From an uncultured Clostridia bacterium (lineage in GTDB: Bacteria; Bacillota; Clostridia; Christensenellales; UBA1242), in contig CAKNIB010000002.1 in the NCBI GenBank assembly GCA_930979925.1, forward strand, positions 46,910-110,909: a stretch of 64,000 nt of DNA. The letters are read 5' to 3'. The translations under genes and the position numbers were made by a program. The notes below the pieces were generated by a model. That model was not told where the DNA came from, made no database searches, and worked only from the letters and a program-made list of their open reading frames with translations. Positions 57,562 to 63,520 of this stretch are shown in pieces. The stretch's first letter is position 1. Each line of letters opens with the position of its first letter.

Positions 57562-58617
57562 ATGAGCATTATTGAACAAGTTAAAAATGAATTATTAAGA
57601 AGAAATCAAGATTATATTGAAAAAGTTGATAGTTATGATTTTTGGAATAATCATATCAAATTTGTAGTTGATGAAGCATTAAAACTTGCAAGTGTCTATG
57701 GTGCTGATAAGGAAATAGTAGAACTTGGAGCATTATTGCACGATATTGCCCTTGTTTCTAATGTTGGAACAAAAGCAGACCACCATACAAATGGAGCAAA
57801 AATTGCTGAGGAAATCCTAACTAACTTAAAATATTCACAAGATAAAAGAGAAAGAGTTGTAAATTGTGTTTTGCACCACAGAAGCTCGAAAAATGCAGAA
57901 AATATAGAAGAATTATGCGTTTGCGATGCCGATATTCTTGCCCACTTTGACAATATTCCAATGATTTTCTTCAAGTCTTTTACTATGGGCAAAATGACTT
58001 TAAATGATATGGGTGTGTTCATTCAAGGCTTTCAAAAAGATTTTGATGATTTAAGTGACAAAACAAAAGAAACTTTTAAAGATAAATACGAAAATATAAT
58101 GCAAGTTCTTTTCGGTGAAAATTGGAGACAACCTATAAGTTTTGAAGAAAGAGATACTAAATCTAATCATATTGAAACTATAATTCACAAAATTGCCGAC
58201 TTGTGCAAAAATGACATTAAATCTTTCCCAGAAATAAAGTGTATGGATTATGTGGATATTTTCCCAAGAAGTGAAGAAGATAGAGTGCTTTTAAATGATG
58301 AAGCAATTAAAATAGGCAACATCATTGAGAAAAACGAAAGAGGAACAACATATCGTTTAAATAAACCAATATCAACTGAACTTGGGAACATTGAATTGTT
58401 GAAAATCCGTAAATTTGATGAAACAAGATTGCCTTGGCTTGGTGCAGGTGATTTTATTGTAAATGATTTTGATAAATTTAAAAACAAATATCAAAATGCA
58501 AAAAATTGCAAATATGTTGAAGCTCCAACTTATAATGCAATTGAAATAAAAACTGATAATACCCTTGCTTATGTTATGGACATACCAACAAGCGAATATT
58601 ATAAAACTAAATCTTAA
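57562..58617 (+). CDS. HD-domain phosphohydrolase with a ~160-aa C-terminal extension
   Basis: H...LHDIA...H...D pattern (GALLHDIALVS, VLHHR, CDADILAHFD). Confidence 0.75.
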   Translation: MSIIEQVKNELLRRNQDYIEKVDSYDFWNNHIKFVVDEALKLASVYGADKEIVELGALLHDIALVSNVGTKADHHTNGAKIAEEILTNLKYSQDKRERVVNCVLHHRSSKNAENIEELCVCDADILAHFDNIPMIFFKSFTMGKMTLNDMGVFIQGFQKDFDDLSDKTKETFKDKYENIMQVLFGENWRQPISFEERDTKSNHIETIIHKIADLCKNDIKSFPEIKCMDYVDIFPRSEEDRVLLNDEAIKIGNIIEKNERGTTYRLNKPISTELGNIELLKIRKFDETRLPWLGAGDFIVNDFDKFKNKYQNAKNCKYVEAPTYNAIEIKTDNTLAYVMDIPTSEYYKTKS

Positions 58618-58691
58618 CAATTTAAAAGCAACCTTTTTGACTTTGAAGATAGACAAAGCTCCACAAAAGAGAAAATTGATTTTGAAAAATA

Positions 58692-58720
58692 TTGACTTTT
58701 TGAGATAATTTGGATATAAT
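58692..58720 (+). promoter_or_regulatory. trpS leader promoter
   Basis: TTGACT, 17 nt, TATAAT. Confidence 0.7.
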
Positions 58721-58748
58721 AAAAATATCTTAATCAAAAGGAGTAAAT

Positions 58749-58784
58749 ATGTTTAGTTCATTTATTTGGTGGCGCAAAAAATAA
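58749..58784 (+). CDS. Trp-codon leader peptide MFSSFIWWRKK
   Basis: AAGGAG SD 6 nt upstream. Tandem TGG TGG at 58767-58772. Lies between the promoter and a terminator upstream of trpS. Confidence 0.65.
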   Translation: MFSSFIWWRKK

Positions 58785-58873
58785 AAGCGTTCGCAAAATG
58801 TTTTGTGAATGCTTGTCTTTGCGTCACAAAACATATAAATGGATTAAATGTTTTCAAATATAATCTTTAAATT

Positions 58874-58917
58874 TCCCGTTGGTATGTTTTGTAGGAAAAC
58901 AATCAACGGGATTTTTA
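58874..58917 (+). terminator. Attenuator terminator upstream of trpS
   Basis: cccgttg...caacggg with an inner gtttt/aaaac helix, followed by ATTTTT. Confidence 0.75.
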
Positions 58918-58942
58918 ATATCAAAAAAAAGGAGATTATATT

Positions 58943-59135
58943 ATGAAAGAAAAAGTAATGCTCACAGGAGTTAGACCAAGCGGAAATATAACTCTTGGAA
59001 ATTATTTAGGAGCAATCAAAAATTTTGTTGATAGACAAGACACATACAAAAGTTATATATTTATTGCGGATTTGCACGCAATCACAAGTCCGCAAAATCC
59101 ACAAAAACTTAAAGAAGCGGTATATAACTGTGTGA
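58943..59135 (+). pseudogene. trpS: Tryptophanyl-tRNA synthetase, N-terminal fragment
   Basis: MKEKVMLTGVRPSGNITLGNYLGAIKNF... Homology to TrpRS ends near residue 62. Confidence 0.8.
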
Positions 59136-59350
59136 CATTAAAAAAGTGTGGGCAGACATATCTCACCGATGTGAAAAATCAAAAAAAGACGCTAGGTATA
59201 CTAGTCCTTCGCTCAATATTTCTTGCTACAGTCAGTTTTATTTTTGGTATCATCTTAAAGGCAATATTTAAATCATGATAAATTAAAAACATAATTTTTG
59301 AAAATATATCGATAATAAATAAAGAAAATGTGGTAAGTTTTGAAATTTAG

Positions 59351-59379
59351 TTGACAAATCCACCCCCCCGTTTTATAAT
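59351..59379 (+). promoter_or_regulatory. Promoter with a C7 homopolymer in its 17-bp spacer
   Basis: TTGACA, aatccaCCCCCCCgttt, then TATAAT. Confidence 0.65.
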
Positions 59380-59409
59380 GGCGGTGAGAGTGAATTTAAG
59401 GAGGTTAAA

Positions 59410-60144
59410 ATGCAAAAAACAAAATCTAGAAAAATTTGGGCGGTGCTCGCTGTTTCTGTTATGCTTGTTGCATTCATGTTTTTAGCAACTGCCTGTGGTG
59501 GTTCAAAGACTGAAAGCGTTTCCACATATCAGGAACTTGTTGACGCCCTTGCTGGAAATTGCGACATCGTTAAACTTGAAAACGACATCGTTGTTGAAGA
59601 TGGCTTGGTTGTTACAAGAGAAGTTGTGCTTGACATGAATGGAAAAACTCTTTCTAACAATGAGGACATTTGGCATGAAGTACAGCCGGGAGAAGAGGGA
59701 GTTAGCACTCTTTCTATCATCGCTGTTGAAGAAGGTGGAGATTTGACCGTTAGAGGCAACGGAACAATTCGCGCGAAAGAAAATGACTGCTACGCGTTTG
59801 ATGTTTCAGGTGGCGGACACCTTGTTATTGAAGACGGCACATATGTTGGAAATATAAGCGTTGTTTATGTTTTAGATGGTTCTGCTGAAATTAAAGGTGG
59901 AAGATACTCTATTCAACAACTCGATAATAAAAAAGACTATCAGTTCACATTAAATTTACAAGGTGAGTGCTATGAAAATGGAACAGGAAGCATTGTTGTG
60001 ACAGGTGGAACTTTTGAGAATTTTGATCCATCAAAAAACGCCGCTGAAAGTGATGACCTTTCCACAAACTTTGTTAAAGAAGGATATATTTCAACTTTAA
60101 CTATGGAAGGTGATTTGATAACATACGTTGTGACAGAGGCGTAA
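59410..60144 (+). CDS. Lipoprotein (cassette inserted in trpS)
   Basis: Lipobox LATAC, SD AAGGAGG, 244 aa. Confidence 0.75.
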   Translation: MQKTKSRKIWAVLAVSVMLVAFMFLATACGGSKTESVSTYQELVDALAGNCDIVKLENDIVVEDGLVVTREVVLDMNGKTLSNNEDIWHEVQPGEEGVSTLSIIAVEEGGDLTVRGNGTIRAKENDCYAFDVSGGGHLVIEDGTYVGNISVVYVLDGSAEIKGGRYSIQQLDNKKDYQFTLNLQGECYENGTGSIVVTGGTFENFDPSKNAAESDDLSTNFVKEGYISTLTMEGDLITYVVTEA

Positions 60145-60168
60145 TTTAACTTTAGTATTTTTAAAAAG

Positions 60169-60201
60169 TTGTATGAGTTGCTCTCCTCATACAATTTTTT
60201 T
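60169..60201 (+). terminator. Intrinsic terminator of the cassette
   Basis: ttgtatgag...ctcatacaa followed by TTTTTTT. Confidence 0.8.
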
Positions 60202-60217
60202 ATTGCTATTAAAACTT

Positions 60218-60832
60218 TTTGTTTATCCACCTCTTATGGTCGCAGATATTTTGCTTTACAACACAAGTATTGTACCGGTCGGAAAAGACCAACAGCAACA
60301 CGTTGAACTTACTCGTGATTTAGCGGAAAGATTTAATAAGCGTTATGGCAAAACTTTTCTTATGCCAGATGTCTATATTGCGCCTATTGGAAACAAGATT
60401 TTAAATTTGCAAAATCCACTTGAAAAAATGAACAAATCCGACAACGGTGACAACAAAGGCACAATCTTTCTTATGGATAATGTTGAAACTGTCAAAAAGA
60501 AGATTATGAGTGCAAAAACAGATAGTTTAGGAACTATTCACTTTGATGAAGAAAATCAACCCGGAATTTCCAATCTTATGAGCATTTTATCCAAAATCAC
60601 AAATGAGAGTTTTGAAAGCATTGAGGCTCGCTATAAAGGAAAAGGATATGGCGAATTTAAAAGGGAAGTTGCGGAAGTTGTTGCAAATTTATTAAATGAA
60701 ATTCAATTAAGATTTAAGAAGTTTAATGATAAAAATTTACTTGATGAAATTCTATCGAGCGGAGCAAAGCAAGCACAAGTTGTGGCGAACGAAACTCTAA
60801 AAAGAGCAACAAAAGCACTTGGATTGAATTAA
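60218..60832 (+). pseudogene. trpS: Tryptophanyl-tRNA synthetase, C-terminal fragment
   Basis: YPPLMVADILLY...VPVGKDQQQHVELTRD...KMNKSD... About 60 residues of the Rossmann/CP1 region are missing between the two fragments. Confidence 0.8.
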
Positions 60833-60858
60833 AAGTTGTAAAAATTTTGTATCAAGTC

Positions 60859-60887
60859 TTGACAACTTTTCAAAATATGATTATAAT
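60859..60887 (+). promoter_or_regulatory. tyrS leader promoter
   Basis: TTGACA, 17 nt, TATAAT. The downstream AAAAATAT.TTA resembles the trpS leader. Confidence 0.7.
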
Positions 60888-60908
60888 AAAAATATATTAG
60901 GAGAAAAT

Positions 60909-60956
60909 ATGAAAAAATTATTTGCAAACAACTCATATTATTACTACTACATTTAG
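60909..60956 (+). CDS. Tyr-codon leader peptide MKKLFANNSYYYYYI
   Basis: AGGAG SD. Five consecutive Tyr codons at 60936-60950. Confidence 0.7.
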   Translation: MKKLFANNSYYYYYI

Positions 60957-61035
60957 ATTGCTATATGTAGGAGTTTTTGTGAGCACAAATAATTAAATAT
61001 TTCAAAAAACATCTGTCATATAGCAAAATCGCTAT

Positions 61036-61090
61036 GTGGCAGTTTTTATTTTAATTCTGCCACGAGTGAAAACTTATGGCAGATTTTTTA
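61036..61090 (+). terminator. Antiterminator/terminator pair upstream of tyrS
   Basis: GTGGCAG (61036-42) pairs with CTGCCAC (61057-63). Alternatively TCTGCCA (61056-62) pairs with TGGCAGA (61077-83), followed by T6. Confidence 0.7.
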
Positions 61091-61105
61091 TTATAAGGAG
61101 TTTTT

Positions 61106-61186
61106 ATGAAAAGATTTATTTTTAGAACATACGCCCATTTGGGCGTGAAAACGATTTTATTTTTTAATAAAAATTTGATAAAATAA
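61106..61186 (+). CDS. Second upstream ORF (26 aa, MKRFIFRTYAHLGVKTILFFNKNLIK)
   Basis: SD AAGGAG. Ends 14 nt before the tyrS ATG. Contains the hairpin acgccc-attt-gggcgt. Confidence 0.3.
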   Translation: MKRFIFRTYAHLGVKTILFFNKNLIK

Positions 61187-61200
61187 AAAAGGAGTTAATT

Positions 61201-62430
61201 ATGAGATTTAAAAATAACGCTTTTGAGCAATTGGAGAATAGAGGATTTGTTTTTCAAACAACGAACTTGGAAGAAACAAAAAGAATTTTAAGTGAAGGTC
61301 CTATAACTTTTTACATCGGCATTGACCCAACAGCCGATGACCTGCACATTGGTCACTTTTTTGGCCTTCAAATGGCAAGAATATTACAAGATTGTGGACA
61401 TAAATGTATTGTGCTTATTGGTGGAGCAACCGCTCTTATTGGCGATCCAAGCAACAAGACAGATATGAGAAAAATGCTAACAAAGGAAGAAGTTGCCCGT
61501 AATGCAAAAGAAATTAAAGGACTTCTTGAAAGGTTTATCGTGCTTGAAGGTGAAAATCCTGCAATTATAGTTGATAATGCCGACTGGCTTAAACCAATAA
61601 CCTACATCGACTTTCTTCGTGGTGTTGGAGTGAATTTTAATGTGAGTGAAATGCTTAAAAAAGACTTATACAAAAATAGATTGAAGCAAGGCGGGTTGAC
61701 CTTTATGGAAATGGGATATATGCTTATGCAAGCCTTTGATTTCATTCATCTTAATGATAAATTTGGCTGTGTCCTGCAAATTGGTGGCTCTGACCAATGG
61801 GGAAACATCGTTGCAGGAACAGAACTTAGCCGAAAAATGAATTTTAAAGATGGAACCGAAAGACCGCTTATGATGGGCTTAACTTGTCCACTTCTCACAA
61901 ATGCTGAAGGGATAAAAATGGGCAAAACTGAAAAAGGCACTTTATGGGTGTCAAGAAGTAAAACATCAGCGTTTGATTTCTTCCAACATTTTGTAAATTG
62001 CCTTGATGCCGATGTTGAAAGATTGCTTCGATTTTTCACGAAGATTGATGTCAAAGAAATTCAGAAGATGTGCAAAGAAGATATTGTGAAAGCCAAAAAA
62101 CTTATGGCTTTTGAAGTGACAAAACTTGTTCATGGTGAAGTTGAAGCTGAAAAAGTGAGAAAGACAAGCGAAGAGCTTTTCTCAAAAGGTAAAGCCGATG
62201 AAAATATGCCAACCGAAGAAATTAAACTTTCTGGCAAGATAAATGTTGTCGATTTCCTTTCGCAACTTTCAATATTTAATTCAAAGTCTGAAATAAGACG
62301 ACTTATTGAGCAAAGCGGAATTATGATTGATGATAAAAAAGTTGAAAATATAAATGAAAACATTGACCTAACAAAGAAAGAAATAATTGTCAAAAAAGGC
62401 AAGAAAACCTTTTTGAAAGTAAAGTTGTAA
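61201..62430 (+). CDS. tyrS: Tyrosyl-tRNA synthetase
   Basis: HIGH motif (DLHIGH), KMGKT (KMSKS-like), and a C-terminal S4-like domain. Confidence 0.95.
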   Translation: MRFKNNAFEQLENRGFVFQTTNLEETKRILSEGPITFYIGIDPTADDLHIGHFFGLQMARILQDCGHKCIVLIGGATALIGDPSNKTDMRKMLTKEEVARNAKEIKGLLERFIVLEGENPAIIVDNADWLKPITYIDFLRGVGVNFNVSEMLKKDLYKNRLKQGGLTFMEMGYMLMQAFDFIHLNDKFGCVLQIGGSDQWGNIVAGTELSRKMNFKDGTERPLMMGLTCPLLTNAEGIKMGKTEKGTLWVSRSKTSAFDFFQHFVNCLDADVERLLRFFTKIDVKEIQKMCKEDIVKAKKLMAFEVTKLVHGEVEAEKVRKTSEELFSKGKADENMPTEEIKLSGKINVVDFLSQLSIFNSKSEIRRLIEQSGIMIDDKKVENINENIDLTKKEIIVKKGKKTFLKVKL

Positions 62431-62450
62431 TGATTTACAACAAAACAAAA

Positions 62451-62488
62451 AAGAGTGTTAAAGGCATTTTGCCGATGACACTCTTTTA
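62451..62488 (+). terminator. Intrinsic terminator after tyrS
   Basis: aagagtgt...acactctt followed by TT(T). Confidence 0.6.
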
Positions 62489-62635
62489 ATATATATAACT
62501 AATTGTTCTTTTTATTCTTTGTTTTGTGTTGAAAATTAATATTTTTAAAAGAAATTAAAATAAAGAAAAGTTTTCTTATTCGTTAGTAGAAGTAAGTTTT
62601 TGCTTGCTTCTTTTTTTGTTGTGTAAATTTTTTTA

Positions 62636-62900
62636 AATTATTTTTAAGAAAATTGCCAAAATGGCCCCACGAAATTAAAAAAGTGTTGGTTATATAAGTA
62701 GAGGGATATTTTGATTTTGGGATATGAAAATGGCAAAAATAAAAATTTTTTAAACTTTTTTTGCAAAAATGGGCAAAAATACCCTTACGATTTTAAGTTT
62801 TATGTCCTTATATAAGTAGAGGGGTAAAAATTTTTTAAGAAAATCGCTCAAAATAGGTTAACGATTTTGAAAATGCGTTGGTTATATAAGTAGAGGGATA
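62636..62900. repeat. Three dispersed-tandem units ending in GTTGGTTATATAAGTAGAGGGATA
   Basis: Motif copies at 62685-62708, 62808-62826 (diverged) and 62877-62900. Each is preceded by tttttaagaaaat...acgatttt-type sequence. Confidence 0.7.
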
Positions 62901-62936
62901 TATCTTTGCAGAAGCAGAGATATTTTTTCTTAACAA

Positions 62937-63225
62937 ATTTTTCCGCAGGTTCAAATGGTGAGCCAGCGAGAATGTTAAAGTGTAAAAAAGTTGAAAAACT
63001 TTTTCCGCTTGACCAAATGTTAGTCAAGCGATTATGCAATAATGTTGCCGAAAATTTAAAAAAGCTTTCCCGCAGGGACAAATGCTGTCCCCGCGACAAT
63101 GTTAAAGTAAATAAAAAATATTTCCCGCTGCACACAATGTATGTGCAGCGACAATGCTAAAATCTTTGCGAAAACTATTTCCGCATTATCAAATGGTGAT
63201 AACGCGAGAATAGTAAAATCATTTA
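62937..63225 (+). repeat. Five tandem 55-65-bp units, each a stem-loop with a covarying stem between conserved flanks
   Basis: TTTCCGC-stem-AAATG-stem-GCGA(C/G)AATGNTAAA. Stems at 62944/62959, 63006/63023, 63071/63086, 63126/63142 and 63182/63197. Confidence 0.75.
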
Positions 63226-63289
63226 AAAGGAGGTGTGAAATGTAAAATTAAAATTTAAACTCAAAATCTAAAACTAAAAAGGAGGAAGT

Positions 63290-63520
63290 ATGAAGTCAGA
63301 CAAAATTAAGTGCGAGAATATGCTCAGAATTCACGATTTGAAGCTCTTAGATAAATTACAAGAGATTTATCAAAAAAGCCGATACAGGTCGATTAACGAG
63401 TTTCTAAATGCGTGTTTAAAGCAGTTCGCCGAGAGAGAAAGTAAAGAAGATGAGATTTTGGAAGGAATTGACGAAATCAAAGATGTTGTTAATGCAATCT
63501 ATGAGAGTGTGAAAAGATGA
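63290..63520 (+). CDS. Small putative ribbon-helix-helix / relaxosome accessory protein
   Basis: 76 aa (MLRIHDLKLLDKLQEIYQKSRYRSINEFLNACL). ATGA-coupled to the relaxase-like gene. Confidence 0.45.
   Translation: MKSDKIKCENMLRIHDLKLLDKLQEIYQKSRYRSINEFLNACLKQFAERESKEDEILEGIDEIKDVVNAIYESVKR

Noticed and set aside
47299-58617. Intact prophage or a recognised anti-phage defence system
   Set aside because: There are no integrase, terminase, capsid or tail genes. There are also no hallmark defence domains that I can recognise, such as restriction-modification, Cas, CBASS/Thoeris-type cyclase or TIR/SIR2, STAND NTPase, or Abi. The HD and PurA-like proteins are suggestive, but they are 9 kb apart and in different transcription units.
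58720-58942. T-box riboswitch upstream of trpS (and likewise 60887-61200 upstream of tyrS)
   Set aside because: This is the expected mechanism for aaRS genes in low-GC Gram-positives. I cannot find a conserved T-box sequence abutting the terminator, a stem I with a specifier loop, or the AGAGA/GNUGGNACCGCG elements. The only GGUGGCGC-like string lies inside the leader ORF, about 100 nt from the terminator. The leaders are short, and each contains an SD-driven ORF rich in the cognate codon. A covariance-model scan is still needed.
59135-60221. Intein, group I/II intron or IS element interrupting trpS
   Set aside because: About 60 codons of trpS are deleted rather than merely interrupted. There is no in-frame intein, no intron-like structure or reverse transcriptase or homing endonuclease, and no transposase or terminal inverted repeats. 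The insert is an ordinary promoter-gene-terminator unit.
62848-63160. 95-aa (minus) and 84-aa (plus) ORFs across the hairpin array
   Set aside because: They are generated by the tandem repeats themselves and read through palindromic units on both strands. They have no SD.
62636-63225. CRISPR array
   Set aside because: Spacing is irregular (55-115 bp). The variable parts are palindromic stems rather than unique spacers, and the conserved parts are not a single 28-37-bp repeat. No cas genes are nearby.
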